Positions 1 through 11,464 of a DNA stretch of 32,000 nucleotides are shown in pieces. Under the pieces are notes generated by a model. It ran no database searches. It saw only the letters and a program-made list of their open reading frames with translations, and was not told where the DNA came from. The DNA lies in contig NZ_LN831024.1 in NCBI RefSeq assembly GCF_001457615.1, forward strand, positions 5,340,001 to 5,372,000, given 5' to 3'. This stretch comes from Pseudomonas aeruginosa (GTDB lineage Bacteria > Pseudomonadota > Gammaproteobacteria > Pseudomonadales > Pseudomonadaceae). How positions within the stretch are numbered: the first letter of the stretch is position 1; every line of letters begins with the position of its first letter. The position numbers and the translations under genes were made by a program.

Positions 1-452
1 TAACGGCTGTCCGGCCCCACCGGCACCAGTTGCGCGGCGCCTTCCACCAGGCGCAGGAAATGCCTGTTGCACGGGTAGCCCGGGTCGGCGAGCAACCAGT
101 GGCGGCCGGGGTCGACCAGCAAGCTGCTGGCCAGCAGCAGGGCTCCGGAACCGCCCGGAGTGACCAGCACGCGCTGTGGGTCGAGGTCGACCCCGTAGCG
201 TTCGCCGTAGAATTTCGCGATCGCCTCGCGCAGCGCCGGCAGGCCGCGGGCGGCGGTGTAGCGGGTATGCCCGGCGGCCAGGGCGGCGCGCCCGGCCTCG
301 ACGATCGGCTTGGCCGTGGTGAAGTCCGGCTCGCCGATCTCCAGGTGGATCACATCGTGGCCGGCGGCCTGCAACTCGTTGGCCCGCGCCAGCAGGGCCA
401 TGACATGGAAAGGCTCGATGGCCCGACTGCGCGCGCTATAGGAGGTAGCCAT
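1..452 (-). CDS. Class I/II PLP-dependent aminotransferase, N-terminal part (runs off the left edge)
   Basis: Minus-strand frame from ATG at 452 reads MATSYSARSRAIEPFHVMALLARANELQAAGHDVIHLEIGEPDFTTAKPIVEAGRAALAAGHTRYTAARGLPALREAIAKFYGERYGVDLDPQRVLVTPGGSGALLLASSLLVDPG, typical of the aspartate/alanine aminotransferase fold. The frame stays open to base 1. Confidence 0.88.
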   Translation of the reverse strand, partial: MATSYSARSRAIEPFHVMALLARANELQAAGHDVIHLEIGEPDFTTAKPIVEAGRAALAAGHTRYTAARGLPALREAIAKFYGERYGVDLDPQRVLVTPGGSGALLLASSLLVDPGRHWLLADPGYPCNRHFLRLVEGAAQLVPVGPDSR

Positions 453-644
453 GGATATTCCGAACTTTGCGAGGAAAAACCGATTCTAACCAAGCCATTA
501 CGCGGGCGACACCAGCCTCGACAACCGGGAGTAGCGCCAAGGTTATCGTTCTGGTAAGTTCGCCCGCTTGCGACCGCGGGGCCGGAGAGCCGGCGAGGGA
601 ACCCTGCCGCGGACAGGATTAGCGAAAGTGAGAGGCGGCCATTC

Positions 645-1091
645 ATGTCCACCAAAGCAAAACAACAGAGCAGCCAGCAGATGACCCGCGGCTTCGAACC
701 CTATCAGGAAACCAAGGGCGAGGAGTACATGAGCGAGCGCATGCGCGCGCACTTCACCGCGATCCTGAACAAATGGAAACAGGAGCTGATGGAAGAGGTC
801 GACCGTACCGTGCATCACATGCAGGACGAAGCGGCCAACTTCCCCGATCCGGCCGACCGCGCCAGCCAGGAAGAAGAATTCAGCCTGGAACTGCGCGCCC
901 GCGACCGCGAGCGCAAGCTGATCAAGAAGATCGACGAGACCCTGCAACTAATCGAAGACGAAGAGTACGGCTGGTGCGACTCCTGCGGCGTCGAGATCGG
1001 CATCCGTCGCCTGGAGGCGCGCCCCACCGCGACCCTCTGCATCGACTGCAAGACCCTCGCGGAAATCCGCGAGAAGCAACTCGGCTCCTGA
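645..1091 (+). CDS. dksA: RNA polymerase-binding transcription factor DksA
   Basis: 148 aa, MSTKAKQQSSQQMTRGFEPYQ..., C-terminal Cys4 zinc finger CDSC...CIDC; followed by gluQ as in many gammaproteobacteria. Confidence 0.97.
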   Translation: MSTKAKQQSSQQMTRGFEPYQETKGEEYMSERMRAHFTAILNKWKQELMEEVDRTVHHMQDEAANFPDPADRASQEEEFSLELRARDRERKLIKKIDETLQLIEDEEYGWCDSCGVEIGIRRLEARPTATLCIDCKTLAEIREKQLGS

Positions 1092-1102
1092 GCCGGACCG
1101 AC

Positions 1103-1127
1103 GGGGCGCCAAGGCGCCCCGTTTCGT
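1103..1127 (+). terminator. Intrinsic terminator after dksA
   Basis: ggggcgcc-aa-ggcgcccc followed by gtttcgttt. Confidence 0.7.
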
Positions 1128-1158
1128 TTCCGCCGTTCCCCGCCGCACCGCCCGCGCC

Positions 1159-2040
1159 ATGACCTCTTCCTATGTAGGCCGCTTCGCCCCGACGCCCAGC
1201 GGCTACCTGCACTTCGGTTCCCTGGTGGCGGCCGTCGCCTCCTACCTGGACGCGCGTGCCGTCGGCGGCCGCTGGCTGGTGCGCATGGAGGACCTCGACC
1301 CGCCCCGCGAAGTCCCGGGCGCCCAGCAGGCGATCCTGGAAACCCTGGAGCGCTACGGCTTCGAATGGGACGGCGCGGTGGAGCGGCAGAGCGAACGCTT
1401 CCCGGCCTACGCCGCAGTGGTCGAGCAACTGCTGCGCAGCGGCCTGGCCTACGCCTGCACTTGCTCGCGCAAGCAGCTTGAGGGATTCGCCAGGATCTAC
1501 CCGGGCTTCTGCCGCGACGCCGGGCACGCCCGCGAGGATGCGGCGATCCGCCTGCGCGTGCCGGAGCTGGAATATCGCTTCGTCGACCGCGTGCAGGGCG
1601 AAGTCCGCCAGCATCTCGGCCGCGAGGTCGGCGATTTCGTCATCCAGCGCCGCGATGGCTTCTACGCCTACCAACTGGCGGTGGTGCTGGACGACGCCTG
1701 GCAGGGCATCACCGACATCGTCCGCGGCGCCGACCTGCTCGACTCGACCCCGCGCCAGCTTTACCTCCAGGAATTGCTGGGGTTGAGCCAGCCGCGCTAC
1801 CTGCACGTGCCGCTGATCGTCCAGCCGGACGGGCACAAGCTCGGCAAGTCCTACCGCTCCCCGCCACTACCCGCCGAGCAGGCCGCCGCGCCGCTGACCC
1901 GCGCCCTGCGCGCGCTCGGCCAGCGGCCGCCGGCCGAACTGGCCCAGGCCAGCGCCAGCGAGGTGCTGGCCTGGGGCGTCGCGCACTGGGACGCCACGCG
2001 CATCCCGCGCTGCGCTACCCTTCCCGAGGAACGCCTGTAG
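1159..2040 (+). CDS. gluQ: Glutamyl-Q tRNA(Asp) synthetase
   Basis: 293 aa, GRFAPTPSGYLHFGSLVAAVASYLDAR and GHKLGKSYRS class I GluRS-like motifs without an anticodon-binding domain; adjacent to dksA. Confidence 0.94.
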   Translation: MTSSYVGRFAPTPSGYLHFGSLVAAVASYLDARAVGGRWLVRMEDLDPPREVPGAQQAILETLERYGFEWDGAVERQSERFPAYAAVVEQLLRSGLAYACTCSRKQLEGFARIYPGFCRDAGHAREDAAIRLRVPELEYRFVDRVQGEVRQHLGREVGDFVIQRRDGFYAYQLAVVLDDAWQGITDIVRGADLLDSTPRQLYLQELLGLSQPRYLHVPLIVQPDGHKLGKSYRSPPLPAEQAAAPLTRALRALGQRPPAELAQASASEVLAWGVAHWDATRIPRCATLPEERL

Positions 2041-2109
2041 CCCGCCCGGCGGCTTGCCGGCACCCACCCGCAGCCTGTAGCCTGCCGGCCCAAGCATGAG
2101 GGAAGCGGC

Positions 2110-2286
2110 ATGTACATCTACCGACTGGTCCTGCTCCTGGTCGTGGGCATCTATCTCTTTTCCCCCGCCATCATGGACTGGTGGATCGACCCCAACGGCG
2201 CCTGGTACCGCCCGTACCTGCTGTGGCTGATCCTCATCGTGGTCACTTTCATCCTGCAGAGCCAGCGCGATGCTGACGAGCTTTAG
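2110..2286 (+). CDS. cbrX: Small membrane protein (58 aa), translationally overlapping cbrA (CbrX-like)
   Basis: ATG at 2110 reads [58 protein letters not shown], with two hydrophobic segments. It overlaps the cbrA start by 17 nt and is absent from the supplied ORF list because of its size. Confidence 0.82.
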   Translation: MYIYRLVLLLVVGIYLFSPAIMDWWIDPNGAWYRPYLLWLILIVVTFILQSQRDADEL

Positions 2287-5221
2287 CCTGACCCAGCTGA
2301 TCCTGATCAGCGTCGCCTACCTCTCCACCCTCTTCGGCATCGCCTGGATCACCGAGCGCGGCTACGTGCCGCGCCGGCTGGTACGCCATCCGCTGGTCTA
2401 CACCCTGTCGCTGGGCGTCTACGCCAGTGCCTGGGCGTTCTACGGCACGGTAGGCCTGGCCTACCAGTACGGCTATGGGTTCCTCGCCATCTACCTGGGG
2501 ATTTCCGGGGCCTTCCTGCTCGCCCCGGTGCTGCTCTATCCGATCCTCCGGGTGACACGCGCCTACCAACTGTCCTCGCTGGCCGACCTCTTCGCCTTCC
2601 GTTTCCGCAGTACCTGGGCCGGCGCCCTGACCACGCTGTTCATGCTGATCGGCGTGCTGCCGATGCTGGCCCTGCAGATCCAGGCGGTCACCGATTCGAT
2701 CAGCATTCTCACCCGCGACCCGGCCCAGGAGCGGGTCGCGTTCGTCTTCTGCACCCTGATCACCCTGTTCGCGATCCTCTTCGGCGCTCGCCACATCGCC
2801 ACCCGCGAACGCCACGAGGGACTGGTGTTCGCCATCGCCTTCGAGTCGCTGGTCAAGCTGGTGATGCTCGGCAGTATCGGCCTCTACGCCCTGTACGGCG
2901 TCTTCGGCGGGCCGGAAGGCCTGGAAGTCTGGCTGCTGCAGAACCAGACCGCGCTGACCACCCTGCACACGCCGCTGGCCGAGGGTCCATGGCGAACGCT
3001 GCTGCTGGTGTTCTTCGCCGCGGCCATCGTGATGCCGCACATGTTCCACATGATCTTCACCGAGAACCTCAACCCGCGCGCGCTGATTTCCGCCAGCTGG
3101 GGCCTGCCGCTGTTCCTGCTGCTGATGAGCCTTGCGGTACCGCCGATCCTCTGGGCCGGGCTGCGCCTCGGCGCCTCGACCACACCGGAGTACTACACCA
3201 TCGGCCTCGGCCTGGCGGTGGACAGCCCGGCCCTGGCCCTGGCCGCCTTCATCGGCGGCATCTCCGCCGCCAGCGGGCTGACCATCGTGATGACCCTGGC
3301 GCTCTCGGGAATGGTCCTCAACCACCTGGTGCTGCCGCTCTACCAGCCGCCGGCGCAGGGCAACATCTACCGCTGGCTGAAATGGACCCGGCGCCTGCTG
3401 ATCGTCGCCATCATCATGGCCAGCTACGCCTTCTACCTGCTGCTGGGCGCCGAACAGGACCTCTCCAACCTGGGCATAGTGTCCTTCGTCGCCACCCTGC
3501 AATTCCTTCCCGGCGCCCTCTCGGTGCTGTACTGGCCGACCGCCAACCGCCGTGGCTTCATCTCCGGGCTGATCGCCGGCATGCTGGTCTGGGCGATCAC
3601 CATGCTGCTGCCCCTGATGGGGAACGTACAGGGCCTGTACCTGCCGCTGTTCGACGTGATCTACGTGCTGGACGATTCGAACTGGCACCTGGCGGCGCTG
3701 TCCTCGCTGGCGGCCAACGTGCTGGTATTCACCCTGGTGTCGCTGTTCACCGAGGCCAGCGACGAGGAAAAAGGCGCCGCCGAGGCCTGCGCGGTGGACA
3801 ACGTACGCCGTCCGCAACGCCGCGAACTGTTCGCCGGTTCGCCGCAGGAGTTCGCCAGCCAGTTGGCCAAGCCGCTGGGCGCCAAGACCGCGCAGAAGGA
3901 GGTCGAGCAGGCCCTGCGCGATCTCCACCTGCCCTTCGACGAACGTCGCCCCTATGCCCTGCGTCGCTTGCGCGACCGCATCGAGGCGAACCTTTCCGGG
4001 CTGATGGGACCCAGTGTCGCCCAGGACATCGTGGAGACCTTCCTTCCCTACAAGACCAGCGAAGAAAGCTACGTCACCGAGGACATCCACTTCATCGAGA
4101 GCCGCCTGGAGGACTATCACTCCCGGCTGACTGGCCTGGCTGCCGAACTCGACACCTTGCGCCGCTACCACCGGCAGACCCTGCAAAACCTGCCGATGGG
4201 CGTCTGCTCCCTGGCCAAGGACCAGGAAGTGCTGATGTGGAACCGCGCCATCGAGGAACTCACCGGGGTCGGCGCGCAGAAGGTCGTCGGTTCGCGCCTG
4301 TCGGCCTTGCCCGAACCCTGGAAGGGCCTGCTGGAACGTTTCATCGACGCCCCCGACGAGCACCTGCACAAGCAGCGCCTGGTCTACGACGGCCACACCC
4401 GCTGGCTGAACCTGCACAAGGCGGCCATCGAGGAACCCCTGGCGCCGGGCAACAGCGGCCTGGTGCTACTGGTGGAAGACCTCACCGAAACCCAACTGTT
4501 GGAAGACAAGCTGGTCCACTCCGAGCGCCTGGCTTCCATCGGCCGCCTTGCCGCCGGGGTGGCCCACGAGATCGGCAATCCGATCACCGGCATCGCCTGC
4601 CTGGCGCAGAACCTGCGCGAGGAACGCGAAGGCGACGGCGAGCTGACCGAAATCAGCGAGCAGATCCTCGACCAGACCAAGCGCGTATCGCGCATCGTCC
4701 AGTCGTTGATGAGCTTCGCCCACTCCGGCAGCCACCTGCAGGCCCTGGAACCGGTGTGCCTGAGCGAAGTCGCCCAGGAGGCCATCGGACTGCTGTCGCT
4801 GAACCGGCGTAGCGTCGAAGTAGAGTTCTTCAACCTCTGCGATCCGGCGCACTGGGTCGAGGGAGACTCGCAGCGCCTGGCCCAGGTGCTGATCAACCTG
4901 CTCTCCAATGCTCGCGACGCCAGCCCGCCGGGCGGCGCGATCCGGGTCCGCAGCGAAGCCTCGGAACATACCGTGGACCTGGTCGTCGAGGACGAGGGCA
5001 GCGGCATTCCGAAGGCGATCATGGACCAGTTGTTCGAACCGTTCTTCACCACCAAGGACCCCGGCAAGGGGACCGGGCTCGGCCTCGCACTGGTCTATTC
5101 GATCGTGGAAGAGCATTATGGACAGATAACCATCGAGAGCCCGACGGATCACCAGCGAGAAGGCGGCACCCGCTTCCGCGTGACCCTGCCGCGGCACCCT
5201 GGCCCGACGGCCGAGCTGTAG
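2270..5221 (+). CDS. cbrA: Sensor histidine kinase CbrA with N-terminal SLC5/sodium-solute-symporter-like domain
   Basis: 983 aa; about 500 aa of multi-TM transporter-like sequence, then PAS-like region, HisKA H-box ([22 protein letters not shown]) and HATPase motifs ([40 protein letters not shown]). Directly precedes cbrB. Confidence 0.97.
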   Translation: MLTSFSLTQLILISVAYLSTLFGIAWITERGYVPRRLVRHPLVYTLSLGVYASAWAFYGTVGLAYQYGYGFLAIYLGISGAFLLAPVLLYPILRVTRAYQLSSLADLFAFRFRSTWAGALTTLFMLIGVLPMLALQIQAVTDSISILTRDPAQERVAFVFCTLITLFAILFGARHIATRERHEGLVFAIAFESLVKLVMLGSIGLYALYGVFGGPEGLEVWLLQNQTALTTLHTPLAEGPWRTLLLVFFAAAIVMPHMFHMIFTENLNPRALISASWGLPLFLLLMSLAVPPILWAGLRLGASTTPEYYTIGLGLAVDSPALALAAFIGGISAASGLTIVMTLALSGMVLNHLVLPLYQPPAQGNIYRWLKWTRRLLIVAIIMASYAFYLLLGAEQDLSNLGIVSFVATLQFLPGALSVLYWPTANRRGFISGLIAGMLVWAITMLLPLMGNVQGLYLPLFDVIYVLDDSNWHLAALSSLAANVLVFTLVSLFTEASDEEKGAAEACAVDNVRRPQRRELFAGSPQEFASQLAKPLGAKTAQKEVEQALRDLHLPFDERRPYALRRLRDRIEANLSGLMGPSVAQDIVETFLPYKTSEESYVTEDIHFIESRLEDYHSRLTGLAAELDTLRRYHRQTLQNLPMGVCSLAKDQEVLMWNRAIEELTGVGAQKVVGSRLSALPEPWKGLLERFIDAPDEHLHKQRLVYDGHTRWLNLHKAAIEEPLAPGNSGLVLLVEDLTETQLLEDKLVHSERLASIGRLAAGVAHEIGNPITGIACLAQNLREEREGDGELTEISEQILDQTKRVSRIVQSLMSFAHSGSHLQALEPVCLSEVAQEAIGLLSLNRRSVEVEFFNLCDPAHWVEGDSQRLAQVLINLLSNARDASPPGGAIRVRSEASEHTVDLVVEDEGSGIPKAIMDQLFEPFFTTKDPGKGTGLGLALVYSIVEEHYGQITIESPTDHQREGGTRFRVTLPRHPGPTAEL

Positions 5222-5247
5222 ACGAGCACGTCGAGAGAGCTGAATAC

Positions 5248-6684
<1,437 letters not shown>

Positions 6685-6696
6685 CACCCTGCAACC

Positions 6697-6722
6697 TGTT
6701 ACCGCGGACGTACCGCGTAACA
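6697..6722 (+). promoter_or_regulatory. Putative CbrB enhancer (UAS) for crcZ
   Basis: Inverted repeat TGTTAC-N14-GTAACA (tgttac cgcggacgtaccgc gtaaca), matching the CbrB-type palindrome recalled from the literature; about 100 bp upstream of a -24/-12 promoter. Confidence 0.75.
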
Positions 6723-6724
6723 GA

Positions 6725-6760
6725 AACCGGGTTCATCGGTAACGGGAACCCGGTTTTTTT
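6725..6760 (+). terminator. Intrinsic terminator of cbrB
   Basis: aaccgggtt ... aacccggtt stem followed by a run of T. Confidence 0.9.
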
Positions 6761-6820
6761 GTGCCCTCCGCCGACCCACCGAAAACCTCAACCCCTTGAT
6801 TTTACTGGGTTTCGAAAAAC

Positions 6821-6837
6821 TGGCACGGCATCTGCTT
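6821..6837 (+). promoter_or_regulatory. Sigma54 (-24/-12) promoter of crcZ
   Basis: tggcacggcatctgctt: GG and GC separated by 10 nt, close to TGGCAC-N5-TTGCW. Confidence 0.92.
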
Positions 6838-6845
6838 ATGTATTG

Positions 6846-7252
6846 GCACAACAACAATAACAAGCAACGACGAAGACAATAAAAACAACACGTAACGACT
6901 CCAGCACAACAAAAACAAAATCGCGGAGGCGCAGCTAACTGATTCTTTTGGAGAGGAGTTGCTGTCGGGACCCGTCCCGCAGCCAGTCGGAAGAAGAATA
7001 AAACTGCCTTGAGGCAGCGCACAGACTGGTTGGATCGCTCGACGATCATGGCAGCATCAGCGACCAAAGCAATCCGTTTGCTATTGAACTCCCAGCCTGG
7101 GAGATATCCCTGAAGCGACTGGCTCAAGGGACGGGTCGACAAACAAAAACAACAAGCCCGAAATCATAATAAAAACAAAGCACGCACCTACTTGGGGGGG
7201 AGCTTCGGCTCCCCCAGTAGCTTCACCCCCTCCCTCCGTTTTCCCCGTTTTT
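6846..7252 (+). ncRNA. crcZ: Small RNA CrcZ (Hfq/Crc antagonist)
   Basis: Between cbrB and pcnB, downstream of a sigma54 promoter. Six A-rich CA motifs (about 6850-6863, 6878-6888, 6906-6920, 6991-7003, 7141-7155, 7166-7179). A 3' hairpin with UUCG loop is followed by T tracts. The 3' end at about 7252 was placed using the known length of about 407 nt. Confidence 0.94.
7188..7252 (+). terminator. crcZ 3' hairpin/terminator region
   Basis: ctacttgggggggagc-ttcg-gctcccccagtag, then gttttccccgttttt. Confidence 0.75.
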
Positions 7253-7260
7253 CCTTCGCC

Positions 7261-7290
7261 TTACACCATTTCCCCATCCAATGCTAGAAT
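7261..7290 (+). promoter_or_regulatory. Possible sigma70-type promoter upstream of pcnB
   Basis: TTACAC - 18 nt - TAGAAT with an extended -10 (TGcTAGAAT). Confidence 0.4.
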
Positions 7291-7584
7291 CCGCGCAGAC
7301 TATGCGGCCATCCGCATGCCTTGCCAGATTCACCGCAGCCTTCCCGGCCCTCTCCCGCTTCGCGGGAACAGGATGTACGGCCCCTGTTCGTTTCTGTCAG
7401 GATGCATGGCGCAGTCGGTTCCGGCGCCCGGGACGCCCTGTGCGTCGCGGGGCCAAACATTCAACGGGTACAGAACACGCCTCGCCCGAGAGGTCCTGAT
7501 AATGCCGCAGCATTACCCGACGTCCGTCCTGTTTGAGCAACGCAGGCGTGCAATCACCCACATCGTGCTCCCGATAACACATCC

Positions 7585-8988
7585 ATGCTGAAAAAGCTGA
7601 TCCAGACCATTCGTTCCCCCCTGCGCCGTCCGCGCGCCGTCCGTACAACCCCGGAAGTCATCGGTAACAACCAGCACTCCCTGCGCCGGGACCAGTTCAG
7701 CCGGAACGCCGTCAAGGTCGTCGAGATCCTCCAGCGGGCCGGCTACCAGGCCTACGTGGTCGGGGGCTGCGTACGCGACCAGATGCTCGGCATCGCTCCC
7801 AAGGACTTCGATGTCGCCACCAGCGCCACGCCGGAGCAGGTCCGCGCCGAATTCCGCAACGCGCGGATCATCGGCCGCCGCTTCAAACTGGTACACGTGC
7901 ACTTCGGCCGCGAGATCATCGAGGTCGCCACCTTCCGCGCCCATCATCCGGAAGGCCAGGACGATGGCGATAGCCGCGCGTCCAGCAACGAAAGCGGCCG
8001 CATCCTGCGCGACAACGTCTATGGCAGCCTGGAAGACGACGCCCAGCGCCGTGACTTCACCATCAATGCCCTGTACTTCGACGTCACCAGCGAGCGGCTG
8101 CTGGACTACGCCAATGGCGTTCACGACATCCGCAATCGCCTGATCCGCCTGATCGGCGATCCGGAGCAGCGTTATCTGGAAGACCCGGTGCGGATGCTGC
8201 GGGCGGTACGTTTCGCCGCCAAGCTCGACTTCGAGATCGAGAAGCACAGCGCCGCGCCGATTCGCCGGCTGGCCCCGCTGCTGCGGGAAATCCCTTCGGC
8301 GCGCCTGTTCGACGAGGTGCTCAAGCTGTTCCTCGCCGGCCGGGCCGAGCGCACTTTCGAACTGCTGGTCGAGTACGAACTGTTCGCGCCGCTGTTCCCG
8401 GCCAGCGCCAAGGCACTGCAGGCCAACCCCGACTACACCGGCAAGCTGATCCGCCAGGCCCTGGCCAATACCGATGCGCGCATTCGCCAGGGCAAGCCGG
8501 TAACCCCGGCCTTCCTCTTCGCCGCGCTGCTCTGGCCGGCCCTGCCGGCGCGCGTCGCGCAGTTGCAGGAGAAAGGCATGCCGGCTATCCCGGCGATGCA
8601 GGAAGCCGCCCACGAACTGATCAGCGAACAGTGCCAGCGGATTGCCATTCCCAAGCGTTTCACCCTGCCGATCCGCGAGATCTGGGATATGCAGGAACGT
8701 CTGCCGCGACGCCAGGGCAAGCGCGCCGACCTGCTCCTGGAAAACCCGCGCTTCCGCGCCGGCTACGACTTCCTCCTGCTGCGCGAAAGCGCCGGCGAGG
8801 AAACCGAAGGGCTTGGCCAATGGTGGACCGATTACCAGGAAGTCAGCGACAGCGAGCGGCGCAACATGATCCGCGACCTGGTCAGCCAGGAAGACGGCAG
8901 CGCCCCGCGCAAGCGTCGCCGCGGCGGCAACAGCGGCCGTCGGCGCCGCGGGCCGCGCAAGGAAGGCAGCGGCGGAAGCGGCGAATGA
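7585..8988 (+). CDS. pcnB: Poly(A) polymerase I
   Basis: 467 aa; nucleotidyltransferase motif AYVVGGCVRDQMLGIAPKDFDVATSATPEQ, basic C-terminal tail RKRRRGGNSGRRRRGPRK; followed by folK. In-frame stop at 7534 limits upstream extension. Confidence 0.95.
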   Translation: MLKKLIQTIRSPLRRPRAVRTTPEVIGNNQHSLRRDQFSRNAVKVVEILQRAGYQAYVVGGCVRDQMLGIAPKDFDVATSATPEQVRAEFRNARIIGRRFKLVHVHFGREIIEVATFRAHHPEGQDDGDSRASSNESGRILRDNVYGSLEDDAQRRDFTINALYFDVTSERLLDYANGVHDIRNRLIRLIGDPEQRYLEDPVRMLRAVRFAAKLDFEIEKHSAAPIRRLAPLLREIPSARLFDEVLKLFLAGRAERTFELLVEYELFAPLFPASAKALQANPDYTGKLIRQALANTDARIRQGKPVTPAFLFAALLWPALPARVAQLQEKGMPAIPAMQEAAHELISEQCQRIAIPKRFTLPIREIWDMQERLPRRQGKRADLLLENPRFRAGYDFLLLRESAGEETEGLGQWWTDYQEVSDSERRNMIRDLVSQEDGSAPRKRRRGGNSGRRRRGPRKEGSGGSGE

Positions 8989-9473
8989 TCCAGCGCGTCT
9001 ACGTGGCGCTGGGCAGCAACCTGGCCGAACCGCGCGAGCAGATCCAGGCTGCCCTCGACGCCTTCGAGCGGCTTCCCGAGACCCGCCTGGTCGCCGTCTC
9101 GCCGCTCTATATCAGCGACCCGCTCGGCCCCGCCGACCAGCCGCGCTTCGTCAACGGCGTGGCGGCCCTCGACACCAACCTGGCGCCGCTCGACCTGCTC
9201 GACGCCCTGCAGGCCATCGAACTGGAACAGGGGCGCGTCCGCGACCTGCGCTGGGGTCCGCGCACGCTCGACCTGGACATCCTGCTGTTCGGCGAACAAT
9301 TGCTCGACCTGCCGCGCCTGAAGGTGCCGCACTACCACATGCAGGCGCGCGCTTTCGTGCTCTATCCCCTCGCAGATCTCGCCCCCGACCTGCGCCTGCC
9401 CGATGGCCGCCACCTGCCGGAGCTGCTCGCGGCCTGTCCGTTCGAGGGCATCGAACGCCTTCCGGGCGCCTGA
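8985..9473 (+). CDS. folK: 2-amino-4-hydroxy-6-hydroxymethyldihydropteridine diphosphokinase
   Basis: ATG 8985 overlaps the pcnB stop (ATGA). MIQRVYVALGSNLAEPREQIQAAL..., HPPK signature RDLRWGPRTLDLDILLFGEQ; 162 aa. Confidence 0.95.
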   Translation: MIQRVYVALGSNLAEPREQIQAALDAFERLPETRLVAVSPLYISDPLGPADQPRFVNGVAALDTNLAPLDLLDALQAIELEQGRVRDLRWGPRTLDLDILLFGEQLLDLPRLKVPHYHMQARAFVLYPLADLAPDLRLPDGRHLPELLAACPFEGIERLPGA

Positions 9474-9481
9474 CCCTGCCT

Positions 9482-9516
9482 GCCCGCCGCTGCGCGGATA
9501 CCTCGCGGCGGGCTCT
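9482..9516 (+). terminator. Hairpin downstream of folK (possible terminator)
   Basis: gcccgccgc ... gcggcgggc followed by tctt; no strong U tract. Confidence 0.4.
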
Positions 9517-9722
9517 TCACACTGTTACCGAAAAGCTGACGAAGGACGCCGCGGATGGGCGTACACTGCGCGCGCAACCGCAGGCGGCGCGGCGTTCGGC
9601 AGTGGCAGTAACGCCGTAACAATGCGGTAACACCTGCAATTGACTTCGAGCCACCCCATCCGGACTATAAGTGGCCGTTTGCCCCGCGCCGGCTCATCAC
9701 CGGCCCAACGAGGAGCCTTTCC

Positions 9723-10523
9723 ATGCCTGATGTAACCCTGACCACCCTGCAAGGGTTGAAGCAGAGCGGCGAGAAGATCGCCATGCTGACCTGCTACGAC
9801 GCCACCTTCGCCCACACCGCCAGCCAGGCCGGCGTGGACGTGCTTCTGGTCGGAGATTCGCTCGGAATGGTATTGCAGGGTCACGACAGCACCCTGCCGG
9901 TCAGCAACGAGGAAATGGCCTATCACACGGCCTGCGTGAAACGCGGTAACAAAGGTTCCCTGATCGTCACCGACCTGGCCTTCGAATCCAGCCATTCCGT
10001 GGCCCAGACCCTTGCCGACGCGGTCCGCCTGATGCAGGCCGGCGCACACATGGTCAAGCTGGAGGGTGGGGCCTGGCTGGCGGAGCCGATCGCCCGCCTG
10101 GCACAGATGGGCGTGCCGGTCTGCGCGCATCTCGGCCTGACCCCGCAGGCGGTCAACCTGTTCGGCGGCTTCAAGGTCCAGGGCCGCCAGGAAACCCAGG
10201 CGCGCCAGTTGCGCGCCGATGCCATCGCCCTGGAGCAGGCCGGCGCCGCCATGCTGCTGCTGGAGTGCGTGCCCAGCGTGCTGGCCGAAGAGATCACCCA
10301 GGCGGTGAAGATCCCGGTGATCGGGATTGGCGCCGGTGCGGCGACCGATGGCCAGGTGCTGGTCATGCACGACATGCTCGGTCTCTCGCTGACCGGCCGC
10401 TCGCCCAAGTTCGTCAAGGATTTCATGCAAGGCCAGGAGAGCATCCCGGCCGCCATCGCGGCCTATGTCCGCGCCGTCAAGGACGTGTCCTTCCCCGCCG
10501 CCGAACACGGATTCAACGCATGA
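9723..10523 (+). CDS. panB: 3-methyl-2-oxobutanoate hydroxymethyltransferase
   Basis: 266 aa, [59 protein letters not shown]. Confidence 0.97.
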   Translation: MPDVTLTTLQGLKQSGEKIAMLTCYDATFAHTASQAGVDVLLVGDSLGMVLQGHDSTLPVSNEEMAYHTACVKRGNKGSLIVTDLAFESSHSVAQTLADAVRLMQAGAHMVKLEGGAWLAEPIARLAQMGVPVCAHLGLTPQAVNLFGGFKVQGRQETQARQLRADAIALEQAGAAMLLLECVPSVLAEEITQAVKIPVIGIGAGAATDGQVLVMHDMLGLSLTGRSPKFVKDFMQGQESIPAAIAAYVRAVKDVSFPAAEHGFNA

Positions 10524-11371
10524 ACACCGTCAAGACCGTCCGTGAACTGCGCGCCGCGGTGGCGCGCGCCCGCAGCGAAGGCAAGCGCATCGGCTTCGTG
10601 CCGACCATGGGCAACCTCCACGCCGGCCATGCCGCGCTGGTAAAGAAAGCCGGCGAACGCGCCGACTTCGTGGTCGTCAGCATCTTCGTCAACCCGCTGC
10701 AATTCGGCCCCAGCGAAGACCTCGACACATACCCGCGAACCCTCGCAGCCGACCAGGAACGCCTGCTCGAAGCCGGCTGCCACCTGCTGTTCACCCCGAC
10801 CGTCGAGGAAATGTACCCCGACGGCATGGACGGGCAGACCCGCATCCATGTTCCCGGCGTCTCCGAAGGTCTTTGCGGCGCCAGTCGTCCCGGCCATTTC
10901 GAAGGCGTGGCGACCGTGGTCAGCAAGCTGCTGAACATGGTCCAGCCGGACCTCGCGCTGTTCGGCGAAAAGGATTTCCAGCAGTTGGCGGTGATCCGCA
11001 AGCTGGTCCGCGACCTCAACCTGCCGGTGCAGATCTTCGGCGAGCCGACGGTGCGCGCCGCCGATGGCCTCGCGTTGTCCTCGCGCAACGGTTACCTCGA
11101 CGAGCAGCAGCGCGCCGCCGCCCCGGCGATCTACCGCACCCTGCGGCAGCTCGGCGAACGCATCCGCGCCGGCGCCGAGGACTTCCCGGCATTGCTCGCC
11201 GACGCCCGCCAGGCCCTGGAACAGGCCGGGCTGCGCCCCGACTACCTGGAAATCCGCGAGCCGATCAGCCTGCGCCCCGGGGTACCCGGCGACCGCCAAC
11301 TGGTGATCCTGGTCGCCGCCTACCTGGGCAGTACGCGGCTGATCGACAACCTCTCAGTCCACCTCGATTGA
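10520..11371 (+). CDS. panC: Pantothenate synthetase
   Basis: 283 aa from ATG 10520 (ATGA overlap with panB); [50 protein letters not shown]. Confidence 0.97.
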   Translation: MNTVKTVRELRAAVARARSEGKRIGFVPTMGNLHAGHAALVKKAGERADFVVVSIFVNPLQFGPSEDLDTYPRTLAADQERLLEAGCHLLFTPTVEEMYPDGMDGQTRIHVPGVSEGLCGASRPGHFEGVATVVSKLLNMVQPDLALFGEKDFQQLAVIRKLVRDLNLPVQIFGEPTVRAADGLALSSRNGYLDEQQRAAAPAIYRTLRQLGERIRAGAEDFPALLADARQALEQAGLRPDYLEIREPISLRPGVPGDRQLVILVAAYLGSTRLIDNLSVHLD

Positions 11372-11379
11372 CGCATGCC

Positions 11380-11403
11380 GAGCCCCCGGTTCCCGGGGGC
11401 TTG
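11380..11403 (+). terminator. GC-rich hairpin between panC and panD
   Basis: agcccccgg-t-tcccgggggct; no U tract, so possibly only a stem-loop. Confidence 0.4.
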
Positions 11404-11464
11404 AGCGCTCACCACGGACTCGCCATACTCTGCCGCCCCCCGCGGACCCGATAGGAGTCGCCCC

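Noticed and set aside
2249-4417. 722-aa minus-strand ORF antisense to cbrA
   Set aside because: Lies opposite a well-supported kinase gene; low-complexity composition rich in Q/G/A/V with no recognisable motif; typical GC-rich shadow ORF.
7316-7591. 91-aa ORF and overlapping small ORFs upstream of pcnB
   Set aside because: No convincing Shine-Dalgarno or hydrophobic/domain pattern. Overlapping frames are similarly open, so coding is not supported, although the region itself remains unexplained.
7513-8820. 435-aa minus-strand ORF antisense to pcnB
   Set aside because: pcnB on the plus strand has clear catalytic motifs; the antisense frame has none.
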